Shown here: positions 42,892 through 51,267 of the stretch, one piece after another
Position numbering within the stretch: position 1 is the first letter of the stretch
Layout of the letters: every line of letters starts with the position of its first letter
NCBI GenBank assembly: GCA_963833125.1
Contig: CAWHWX010000019.1
Coordinates: 96,001 to 160,000 of the forward strand
From: Candidatus Bathyarchaeota archaeon
Lineage (GTDB): Archaea; Thermoproteota; Bathyarchaeia; 40CM-2-53-6
Reading direction: 5' to 3'
DNA length: 64,000 nt
Translations under genes and position numbers: made by a program
Notes under the pieces: generated by a model
The model's database searches: none
What the model was told of the DNA's origin: nothing
What the model saw: the letters and a program-made list of their open reading frames with translations, nothing else

Positions 42892-43250
42892 CGACCAACC
42901 ATCCGATTGTCGTTTACTGCTTACTCCGCGAACCAGGCGTCGCCCTCAGAAGGCGCAACTTCGGATTCGAGGTTCACATGTTTTTTCCTTGTCCGTGTCA
43001 TTTTTCGTCGCAATAAATTGGCCTTCTCAGGGATTTAGCAGGTTTTCTCGTAATTCATAGCAGTAACGTGATTTCCCATAATTCATGTCACCGAGGTGTG
43101 ATTCGGAGGAAAAGGGATTGGCTAACCAGCTGGAACGCCAAGAGATATTCGAATCAGGCGCTGGGTTTCCGGGGTCTCTTCAGATGGGGACTCCGGCAAG
43201 GTTTAATATCGTTCTGCCTGTTCGCTAATGTAAATTTCGGTGAGCGAGTC

Positions 43251-43751
43251 ATGTCTAAGGATTTTAGGCTTGTCCTACGTGTCGCAGGCGCAAACATAGA
43301 CGGCACCAAGAAGGTTGCCTACGGCATATCCCACATCAGGGGTGTGGGCCCAAGCTACGCCGCTGCCATAGTGAAGGCCACCGAAATCAAGCCTGAGCTT
43401 AGAATGGGCGACTTATCTGAAGCTGACGTGCAGAAGCTGGAAGACGCGATGCGTGACCCCGCAAAGTATGGCTTGCCCCCACGCCTTTTCAACCGCCGCA
43501 AAGGTCCTGATTCAGGTCGGGATATGCATTTGATAGGCGCCGACCTCACGCTAAGCACGAAGACTGACGTCGATTTCATGACCGATATTCGAAGTTGGAA
43601 AGGAGTCAGGCATTCTCTGGGCCTGAAAGTTCGAGGGCAACGGACGCGCACGACGGGCCGAAAAGGTAGAGCAGTTGGGGTTGCCAAGAAAGTTGTAATG
43701 GAAGCCGCTCGAGCTGCAGCTCTAGCCGGCGAGAAGGAAGAGAAGAAGTAG
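43251..43751 (+). CDS. rps13: 30S ribosomal protein uS13
   Basis: IDGTKKV, GVG, NRRK, SWKGVRHSLGLKVRGQRTRTTGR; ATG 43251 with GGTGA SD and TTTAATAT at 43202. Confidence 0.97.
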   Translation: MSKDFRLVLRVAGANIDGTKKVAYGISHIRGVGPSYAAAIVKATEIKPELRMGDLSEADVQKLEDAMRDPAKYGLPPRLFNRRKGPDSGRDMHLIGADLTLSTKTDVDFMTDIRSWKGVRHSLGLKVRGQRTRTTGRKGRAVGVAKKVVMEAARAAALAGEKEEKK

Positions 43752-43761
43752 GTGATGCGCT

Positions 43762-44313
43762 ACGGGCGATCCAAAGAGAACTAGAAAGAGCTACGAGACC
43801 CCCAGACATCCTTGGCGCAGAGACCAACTAGAAGTCGAACTTCATCTGATGAGCGACTTCGGGCTTCGCAACAAGAGGGAACTCTGGCGTTACAAGACAA
43901 TGCTCTCAGAGGTAAGAGGTATCGCGCGGTCGATGCTCGGTTCAACCGGAGAGCAACGTGCACGCCTGGACGAGGAATACCTCTCTAAACTGCGCAGGAT
44001 AGGCGTGCTATCTGAATCCGCTACAATCGACGATGTTCTCGACCTAGACATTAGAGACCTGCTCGAACGCCGATTACAAACTATGGTCTTCAGAAAGGGC
44101 CTGGCTAAAACGCTTTTTCAAGCGAGACAATTTGTTTCGCACGGACACATATCAGTCGCCGGTAATGTAATCTCCGTCCCAGGCTACATCGTTAAACGAG
44201 ACGAAGAAGGGAAACTCAAGTACTTCTCCCAAAGCCCGATATCAAAGGCAGATCACTCAACAAGGAAAGTTATCACGGCAACTGCAGCCGGCCAAGCCGT
44301 AGCTGAGTCCTAG
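43762..44313 (+). CDS. rps4: 30S ribosomal protein uS4, apparent ACG start
   Basis: (M)GDPKRTRKSYETPRHPW, GLRNKRELW, LERRLQT, ARQFVSHGHI. Confidence 0.96.
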   Translation, partial: TGDPKRTRKSYETPRHPWRRDQLEVELHLMSDFGLRNKRELWRYKTMLSEVRGIARSMLGSTGEQRARLDEEYLSKLRRIGVLSESATIDDVLDLDIRDLLERRLQTMVFRKGLAKTLFQARQFVSHGHISVAGNVISVPGYIVKRDEEGKLKYFSQSPISKADHSTRKVITATAAGQAVAES

Positions 44314-44329
44314 TCACAAAACTCGTCTT

Positions 44330-44735
44330 CTAAAGAGAAGAAAGAAGACTAGTCGCCGCTACCGTTACGCCCACTGACAGTGCGATTAGCGGTAAGGAAT
44401 AGGGGCCCGTCCCAAGAATTATCGGAATAGGGCCTATCAGGATCACAGCACCCGCGCTGCTAGTGCCTAAATTCGTGATCGAACCCAAAGTAACTAGCAA
44501 CATCCCAACGAAGATGGCTGCGAAGGCTATGAGAAACAATATGCTTGCCAAAGAAAACTGAAATTGCTGCTGAGGGTAGCCTTCCCAGCCACGGGTCGGT
44601 AACAGCTCTACTGCTGCAGGCGTTACAAGTCCAGCTGGCCGAATCAAAGCAATCGCCACATGTTGGCTTACCACAATTTTGACAAACGTAAGTCGCCGGG
44701 ATTCTCCCACAAATTGCGCAAGGAGTAGGTGGCAT
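44330..44735 (-). CDS. B-box-like zinc finger apparently fused to a DUF131 membrane domain (frameshift near 44596)
   Basis: CAIC..CQNC...CGDC......CNAC then TM and GAVILIGPIPIILGT. Confidence 0.65.
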
Positions 44736-44740
44736 GACGT

Positions 44741-45004
44741 TTACCTCCCGAACAGATATGGGAGAAACATGATGGCGAAAACGACCAGTATCAGCACGAT
44801 CGCTAGAATCATCAGTCCCTTCACCGAGTCCTTGTCCGTGCCGAATATTATTGGGATCGGGCCAATAAGTAGAACTCCGGCAGCTCGAGTCTTACCTGAG
44901 CTGCGAGTTGAGCGAAATGCAAGGAGAATCATTGCGGCGAAGGCCAGGACGAATCCGAAGATGATCAGTATGAATCCGACTTCTGTAACGGAGGGCGCGT
45001 CCAA
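44741..45004 (-). CDS. DUF131 (TIGR00304-like) membrane protein
   Basis: GF.LI..GF, GVLLIGPIPIIFGTD. Confidence 0.82.
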   Translation of the reverse strand: MDAPSVTEVGFILIIFGFVLAFAAMILLAFRSTRSSGKTRAAGVLLIGPIPIIFGTDKDSVKGLMILAIVLILVVFAIMFLPYLFGR

Positions 45005-45097
45005 GAGGATTCACTTGCTCAAAGTAACTCGGGATGAGTCGTGAACTTTAACTCTTCCAGATTTTTTCTCCGTGAAACCTGTTGTGGGTCGTAATAG

Positions 45098-45247
45098 TTT
45101 ATAAGCACCAGAGCCTACCTCCAAAATCTCTTTACGTAGAAGTGAAATGTCGTGGACTTCGGACCCGAAAATCAGGATTCAGGCCGAATACTTGCCGTAA
45201 TCGGCCCACGAGAGTCGCTGTTGTTCCCGCGGGGTCCGTAGGTCTTG
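45098..45247 (+). promoter_or_regulatory. rpoD promoter and long structured 5' leader with a 17-codon uORF
   Basis: TTTATAAG at 45098; hairpin 45154-45245; uORF 45147-45200. Confidence 0.5.
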
Positions 45248-46072
45248 GAAATTAAGATTCTTGAAGAGAAAGATAACTCGCTCCGGTTCCTATTGAAAGG
45301 AACCAGCCACGCCCACGCCAACGCCTTGCGGCGCGCAATGATGGCGGAGGTTCCGGCGATGGCAATCGAGGATGTGATCATAATCGAGAACACTTCAGTT
45401 CTATACGACGAGGTTATCGCGCACAGACTAGGGCTGATCCCCCTGAAGACGGATTTAGACACTTTTGTCCTTCCTGAAGAGTGCGACTGCAAGAGCGAAT
45501 TGGGTTGTAGCAAGTGCCGTGCATCCTTCACTCTTGAGGTTGAATGCATAGATGAGCCAGTGATGGTTTACTCGTCTGATTTGAAGGGCGACAGCGATGT
45601 TACCCCAGTAAGCGGTGGCATTCCCATCGTTAAACTTGGCCCATCGCAGAAGTTGAAACTTGAATTGTACGCAAAGCTTGGGCGAGGCTTGGAACATGCC
45701 AAGTGGCAGCCAACCACGGCTTGCGCTTACAAATACCTCCCAAAGGTAACCCTGAACCCCGACAACTTAGCCAACCCCGCAGAGGTAATTCGAATCTGTC
45801 CAACGAAGGTCTTCGTGAGCGATCCTGAGAGCAAGATTGCTGTACGGGATGAGCTTGCATGTACCCTTTGCATGGACTGTGTCGAGAAAGCAGTTCCAAT
45901 CGATTCCAAAAAATCGTTTCCGGTCAAGGTTGAAGAGGACGATACCGCTTTCGTATTCTACGTTGAATCAACTGGCGCTCTTCCACCCAAGAGGATTGTA
46001 AGCGAAGCCTCAAAGATTCTGGACAAGAAAGCAAGCAATCTGACTGACCTTGTAAAGAAAGGGCTTGAGTAA
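45245..46072 (+). CDS. rpoD: DNA-directed RNA polymerase subunit D (Rpo3) with ferredoxin-like domain
   Basis: ANALRR, NTSVLYDEVIAHRLGLIP, HAKWQP, CTLCMDC, VESTGAL. Confidence 0.97.
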   Translation: MEIKILEEKDNSLRFLLKGTSHAHANALRRAMMAEVPAMAIEDVIIIENTSVLYDEVIAHRLGLIPLKTDLDTFVLPEECDCKSELGCSKCRASFTLEVECIDEPVMVYSSDLKGDSDVTPVSGGIPIVKLGPSQKLKLELYAKLGRGLEHAKWQPTTACAYKYLPKVTLNPDNLANPAEVIRICPTKVFVSDPESKIAVRDELACTLCMDCVEKAVPIDSKKSFPVKVEEDDTAFVFYVESTGALPPKRIVSEASKILDKKASNLTDLVKKGLE

Positions 46073-46460
46073 AGGAGAACTAGCATTGCGTCGCGAAATC
46101 ACAAACCCCGAACTACTCGAAACAATTCGTTTTCTAAAAGTAAAGGCCCGGGAAAACAAGGCGAACATCTGGACCGTCGCGGCCGAAAATCTATCCAAGC
46201 CAAGAAGAGGCCGAGCAGAACTCGACTTGAATCATATCTCCCGCGTCTCAAAACCAGATTCGCTCCTTCTCGTGCCCGGTAAGGTACTGGCTTCAGGCCA
46301 CATCAAACATGCCGTCACGGTTGGCGCTTTCCAATTCACACCCGACGCTAAGTTGAAGATCGAACAGGCGGGCGGGAAGTGTGTCGGCATAAAGGACTTC
46401 GTTGGAAAGCATCCTAAAGGAGCGAACGTGCAACTTCTAGGTGATGGAAATAATGTCTGA
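46065..46460 (+). CDS. rpl18e: 50S ribosomal protein eL18
   Basis: TNP, IW..AE.L.KPRR, VPGKVL, A..KIE.AGG. Confidence 0.95.
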   Translation: MSKGELALRREITNPELLETIRFLKVKARENKANIWTVAAENLSKPRRGRAELDLNHISRVSKPDSLLLVPGKVLASGHIKHAVTVGAFQFTPDAKLKIEQAGGKCVGIKDFVGKHPKGANVQLLGDGNNV

Positions 46461-46887
46461 TGAACCAATTCTCTTAGACGCTACAGATCAGGTCATGGGC
46501 CGATTGGCCAGTTATGCAGCGAAGAGTGCGCTGGGCGGAAACAGGATAGTAGTTCTAAACGCGGAGAAAGCAGTCATTTCGGGAAGGAAGAGCAACATTG
46601 TCGAAGAGGCTATGCGCCGTCTAAAGACTAGAACACTCGCCAACCAGACAACGGCACCAGTCCATCAACGCCGACCCGACTTATACTTCAGACGCGTTGT
46701 CCGTGGCATGTTACCTTGGAAAAAGGCGAAAGGCAAAGCTGCATTTCACCGGGTCTACGTTTTCATGGGCGTACCTGAAGAATATTCAAAGAAGAAAGCC
46801 GCGAAAGTCCCAGGGGCGAATGCTTCTAAACTCAGGACATCGTACATGACGCTCGAAGACTTAGCCAAAGAGATATGGAGGCCTTGA
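46453..46887 (+). CDS. rpl13: 50S ribosomal protein uL13
   Basis: DA....GRLAS, NAEKAVISG, RRVVRGMLP. Confidence 0.96.
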   Translation: MSDEPILLDATDQVMGRLASYAAKSALGGNRIVVLNAEKAVISGRKSNIVEEAMRRLKTRTLANQTTAPVHQRRPDLYFRRVVRGMLPWKKAKGKAAFHRVYVFMGVPEEYSKKKAAKVPGANASKLRTSYMTLEDLAKEIWRP

Positions 46888-47357
46888 AGCAGGTGAGCGA
46901 AACACTCGAAAAACTGGAGAAGCCGGAAAAGGCCCAGAAGACAGAGAAAGTCGAAAGAAGGCGGCTAATTCTTGTCACAGGAAAAAGAAAGACCGCGATC
47001 GCACGAGCGATAATCAAGAATGGCTCTGGCAATGTGTTCATCAACGGAATCCCACTAACAATGTTTACCCCAGAAATCGCCAGAATGAAGATTACCGAGG
47101 CGTTAGTTCTTTCAGGAGAACGGTCAAAAACCGTCGACATAAATGTCAAAGTCGCCGGAGGCGGGTTCATGGGGCAAGCTGAAGCGTCGCGCATGGCTGT
47201 TGCAAAGGGGTTGGTACAGTGGACGCGCAGTTCTGAGCTTAGAAAGTCGATGACAAATTACGACCGAACTATGCTCGCAGGGGACCCGCGAAGAAAGGAA
47301 CCCAAGAAATTCGGCGGACCCGGAGCAAGAAGACGCGAACAGAAATCATACAGGTAG
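46875..47357 (+). CDS. rps9: 30S ribosomal protein uS9
   Basis: GKRKTAIARA, GGGFMGQAEA, DPRRKEPKKFGGPGARRREQKSYR; exact start uncertain. Confidence 0.97.
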   Translation: MEALKQVSETLEKLEKPEKAQKTEKVERRRLILVTGKRKTAIARAIIKNGSGNVFINGIPLTMFTPEIARMKITEALVLSGERSKTVDINVKVAGGGFMGQAEASRMAVAKGLVQWTRSSELRKSMTNYDRTMLAGDPRRKEPKKFGGPGARRREQKSYR

Positions 47358-47363
47358 AATGAA

Positions 47364-47588
47364 ATGATAATCCCGGTCCGTTGCTTCACCTGTGGAAAAC
47401 TCGTCGCCGACCACTGGGAAGAGTTCGCGAGACGAGTTAAAGCGGGCGAGAGGCCGAAGAAGGTTCTAGATGACATGGGAATGACTCGTTACTGCTGCCG
47501 GCGCATGTTCATAACACAGGCAGACGTGATTGATGACTTGTTACGTTACACGCAGGTAACAGCGAAGCGACGGGCACAATTCGAATAG
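47364..47588 (+). CDS. rpoN: RNA polymerase subunit N (Rpo10)
   Basis: [18 protein letters not shown]. Confidence 0.98.
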   Translation: MIIPVRCFTCGKLVADHWEEFARRVKAGERPKKVLDDMGMTRYCCRRMFITQADVIDDLLRYTQVTAKRRAQFE

Positions 47589-47600
47589 GAATCGAGCACA

Positions 47601-48266
47601 ATGTCAGAAGTTGAAGAAAAAGAGGGGATGCCGAAATCAGAGGACCTACTGATCCCCTTAGAAGATCTTCTCGCGGCAGGCCTCCACATCGGAACAAGAA
47701 TCAAAACCGGTGACATGGAACCGTACATTTACCGAGTTAGACCCGACGGACTCTTCATACTAAATATTGGAAAGACGGATGAAAAGATACGTACTGCTTC
47801 CCGGTTCATAGCCAGGTTCGAAGCAGAACGAACCCTCATAATCTCGTCGAGGCTCTACGGGAAAACCCCCGTTGAGAAGTTCTGCGAGATCACGAGAACG
47901 GTTCCAGTGGTCGGCCGTTTCATGCCCGGCCTAATATCAAACCCACTTCAACCCAATCACGCAGACCCTCAGGTCATTATGGTAACCGATCCTAGAGCCG
48001 ACTGGCAATCAATCAAGGAATCGTCAACAGCGGGGGTCCCAGTTATCGCGCTCTGTGACACTGACAACGTCTTCAGTGGGGTCGACCTCGCCATACCAGT
48101 GAACAACAAAGGCCGCCGCGCATTAGCTATGCTGTACTGGCTATTGGCTAGACAAGTTCTGCGTGACAGAGGAGAACTACCAGCGGATGGAACCATAACT
48201 GCAACAGTGGACGACTTCGAAACAAAGCTGGCCGCTATCGCCCCTAGATCGGGCGGTGAGCTTTGA
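47601..48266 (+). CDS. rps2: 30S ribosomal protein uS2
   Basis: AGLHIGT, YIYRVRPDG, GRFMPG, DP, IPVNNKGR. Confidence 0.97.
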   Translation: MSEVEEKEGMPKSEDLLIPLEDLLAAGLHIGTRIKTGDMEPYIYRVRPDGLFILNIGKTDEKIRTASRFIARFEAERTLIISSRLYGKTPVEKFCEITRTVPVVGRFMPGLISNPLQPNHADPQVIMVTDPRADWQSIKESSTAGVPVIALCDTDNVFSGVDLAIPVNNKGRRALAMLYWLLARQVLRDRGELPADGTITATVDDFETKLAAIAPRSGGEL

Positions 48267-49114
48267 AAATTCGGAAACCATATGTCGCAAACGCATTCTA
48301 CGCCGGAACCAAAACTGCACTCACCAAACAGATAACCGACTGCTTCACCCACCCCTTTGGGCCGGGTCAGGTTCCGAAACCAAACCCGCAAGGCCAACGA
48401 AAGATCTTGGGGTTAGTCTGTCCACACGCGGGATACATGTACTCAGGGCCGGTGGCGGCGAATGGGTACGGTAAGCTCGCAACCGACGGACAACCAGACG
48501 TGGCCATTATTCTCGGGCCTAACCATACCGGACTGGGAAGCGGCCTCTCGATTCAGACCGAAGGAGCGTGGGAGACGCCCATCGGCATAACCCGAGTCAA
48601 TTCTGACCTAGCTAGGAAGATCCAAAAGTCAAGCAGTATAATCGACGTCGACGATACGGCACACGCTAGTGAACACTCCATAGAGGTTCAACTACCATTC
48701 CTCCAGTTCCTATTCAAAGACGCCATAGAATTCGTCCCCATATGCATGATGATGCAAGATCTAACAACGTCCATAGACGTTGCGAAAACCATCATTGAAA
48801 CCACGAAAGGTAAGAATGTTGCAATAATCGCATCGAGCGACTTTACCCACTATGAACCGCAGGCGGCCGCAAATAGGAAGGACAGGGAAGCGATCGACGC
48901 GATACTCAAACTCGATGATAAACAACTAAATGAGCTGGGAGGCAGCAACCGCGTGACAATGTGCGGGTACGGCCCAATAACCACCTTGATCGCCGCAGCG
49001 AAAATGCTCGGTGACGTGAAACCCGATTTGTTGGCGTACAAGACCAGCGGGGATATCACGGGAGATAAATCAGCGGTGGTCGGGTATTCGTCGTTGACTT
49101 TTACTCGTAACTAG
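48263..49114 (+). CDS. MEMO1/AmmeMemoRadiSam protein B family
   Basis: PHAGYMYSG, GPNHTG, EHSIEVQLPFLQ, SSDFTHY, MCGYGP. Confidence 0.93.
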   Translation: MKIRKPYVANAFYAGTKTALTKQITDCFTHPFGPGQVPKPNPQGQRKILGLVCPHAGYMYSGPVAANGYGKLATDGQPDVAIILGPNHTGLGSGLSIQTEGAWETPIGITRVNSDLARKIQKSSSIIDVDDTAHASEHSIEVQLPFLQFLFKDAIEFVPICMMMQDLTTSIDVAKTIIETTKGKNVAIIASSDFTHYEPQAAANRKDREAIDAILKLDDKQLNELGGSNRVTMCGYGPITTLIAAAKMLGDVKPDLLAYKTSGDITGDKSAVVGYSSLTFTRN

Positions 49115-49120
49115 TGACAC

Positions 49121-50110
49121 ATGGAGCCGTTTAATTTTTCTAGAAGACACGCGAAACTAGTGAAAGGCGAAACTTCTTTGGGCCAAGCTGCAGGGTTCGG
49201 TAAAGTAATTCTCTTCAACGAACACTTCGTCGTGTACGGAATTCCTGCAATCGCTTCAGCTATCGGGGCCAAGACAATTGCATCAGTCGAGCGAAGTGCC
49301 GGATCTGGGGTAGAACTCAAGGATGAACGCCCTGAGACTCCAGGATACAAGGCTGAGAAGCTAGAGCAGCAAAAGGAGTCTTTGGATATCATGCTCAAAT
49401 TCATGAAAATTGACACACAACATGACCACTACACGATCACCTTGGGCGGAGATTTGATCGCTGCCAGCGGTGTAGGAGCAAGCGCGGCTTCCTGCGCTGC
49501 AATCGCCCGCGCATACTCACAAGAACTCAACCTCAACTTTTCAGACGAGAGAGTAAATGAGGTGGCCTACGAGGGAGAAAAGGGATACCATGGAACGCCG
49601 TCAGGCATCGATAACACGGCGGCAACATACGGCGGCCTGATCTGGTACAGACGCGAGGGATCGGCGCAATTGATGGAACGTATGCGACTTCGTAAGCCCG
49701 TGGAGATAGTGATGGGAAATACGGGGAAAGTCGCAGACACCAAGATCGTAGTAGCGGGAGTCAAGGAACGAAAAGAAAAGGAACCTGAAAAGTACGGGCG
49801 CTTCTTTCAAGACGCGGATCAACTGGCTCGGAATGCGAGGAAGCAACTTGAAGATTTCAACCTCGAGAAAGTGGGCGCCTACATGAACGAAAACCACAAA
49901 CTGCTCCAGGAAATAGGCGTGTCCTCTCCAGAGCTGGATGCCCTAGTGAAACTGGCCCGCGACACGGGTGCTCTAGGAGCGAAACTTACGGGAGGGGGAA
50001 GGGGAGGCTACATGGTTGCACTTACCCCGGGGCGAGAACTTCAGGATCGGGTGGCGAACGAAATCGAACGGCATGGTTCCCAGACGCTTCGTACCATGAT
50101 CGGCATTTAG
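49121..50110 (+). CDS. mvk: Mevalonate kinase
   Basis: GKVILFNEHFVVYG.PA, G.GASAA, HGTPSGID, GAKLTGGGRGG. Confidence 0.93.
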   Translation: MEPFNFSRRHAKLVKGETSLGQAAGFGKVILFNEHFVVYGIPAIASAIGAKTIASVERSAGSGVELKDERPETPGYKAEKLEQQKESLDIMLKFMKIDTQHDHYTITLGGDLIAASGVGASAASCAAIARAYSQELNLNFSDERVNEVAYEGEKGYHGTPSGIDNTAATYGGLIWYRREGSAQLMERMRLRKPVEIVMGNTGKVADTKIVVAGVKERKEKEPEKYGRFFQDADQLARNARKQLEDFNLEKVGAYMNENHKLLQEIGVSSPELDALVKLARDTGALGAKLTGGGRGGYMVALTPGRELQDRVANEIERHGSQTLRTMIGI

Positions 50111-50133
50111 ACTATCGCCGATCAACATTTCTC

Positions 50134-51267
50134 TCATAACAGTTGCAACGGAAGGTGCCTCAGGACCAACTCGTATTCATTCGCCTTAGCAATAATCGCA
50201 TTGATACTGCCCTCATGGAATCTATCCCTGTCTATTATGAATGCCAGCCCATCCCAGCCACCTGCCCCTGGACATCGTCCAGCGACGATGCCATGAATTT
50301 TTTCTGCAAACTCTATCAGCTTCGTAAGAGGTTCAGGTTCTATTGGATCCAGGTCAGCATAGGATTTTGCGACCAGGCCTTGCAATCTTCTGTGGATTTC
50401 CCTTGCCGAGTGCGTGCAACGCCTCAAGCCATCGTTGTCGCCCTTAAGCACTCTGCCAATTGCATCCGTTTCACTCGAATTCTGCTTTTCCATGAGCTCA
50501 CGGTATTCGGATGGGTGTTGGCTCTTCCATTCACTCACTGTCCGTACATTACTGACCGTTGATGTTTTTCCGCCCTCGATATTGAAGAAGAGCAAGCCGT
50601 ACTTCGATGGCATTGAGACTAGTTGGGTCTGTAGATCTGGCCAGGGCTTTTCAATCGAAGACAGAATCTTCGATGTCGTTTCTGTTGCATTCTTGAAGTC
50701 TAGAGGTAGAATGATCGAGCTGGGATTGAATCGCTTGTATATTATGGTGTGGCCGGCTGCGCAAGTGGCAATGTCAAATCCAGACCCGATCTTGTTTGTG
50801 AAAGCAGCGCCACAGTACTGTGATAGTTTATGAATAATCTCACTATGTTCGGCGTTGTCCATGCAGTAGGCGTGAAAGAGAGATTTGACGACAGCAACAG
50901 TGGCGGCTGCGGAGCTTCCGAGCCCCGATTTATGTTCGATTCCAAAGATCGGACTGTTCGTAAGGGACACGGTATGACTCGTGGAATGCCCTTTTGATTT
51001 TAGGTATAATCTAGTTAAGAAAAACGTTGAGACGGCGATATTCTTTCGTATTAATTCGGGAGAATCGATCATTTGTTCGATGCCAAATTGTCTGGCGATC
51101 AGAGCATCCGAGTCGGCATCTTCGACTGTAGCAGTGACCCCGTTCCCCGTATGGTCAACGACAGCCAAAGAGAGTGAGATGTGTCCAAGTTCTAGGACAG
51201 AGTATCCTCCGAAGAAGAGGACCTTCCCAGGGACGTTCAGAGTCTTTTTCTTGAGCTGAGTAAGCAA
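50134..51267 (-). CDS. Phosphomevalonate kinase, ERG8-like
   Basis: PGKVLFFGGYSVL, KSGLGSSAA, KIGSGFDIA, PGAGGWD. Confidence 0.85.
   Translation of the reverse strand: MLTQLKKKTLNVPGKVLFFGGYSVLELGHISLSLAVVDHTGNGVTATVEDADSDALIARQFGIEQMIDSPELIRKNIAVSTFFLTRLYLKSKGHSTSHTVSLTNSPIFGIEHKSGLGSSAAATVAVVKSLFHAYCMDNAEHSEIIHKLSQYCGAAFTNKIGSGFDIATCAAGHTIIYKRFNPSSIILPLDFKNATETTSKILSSIEKPWPDLQTQLVSMPSKYGLLFFNIEGGKTSTVSNVRTVSEWKSQHPSEYRELMEKQNSSETDAIGRVLKGDNDGLRRCTHSAREIHRRLQGLVAKSYADLDPIEPEPLTKLIEFAEKIHGIVAGRCPGAGGWDGLAFIIDRDRFHEGSINAIIAKANEYELVLRHLPLQLL

Noticed and set aside
43190-43198. CTCCGGC as an attR copy of the tRNA-Ser 3' end
   Set aside because: Too short and imperfect; no integrase in the interval
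45146-45245. H/ACA guide RNA on the minus strand (ACA follows the stem) or an rps11 remnant
   Set aside because: G:U pairs favour the plus strand, no K-turn is visible, and no frame resembles uS11
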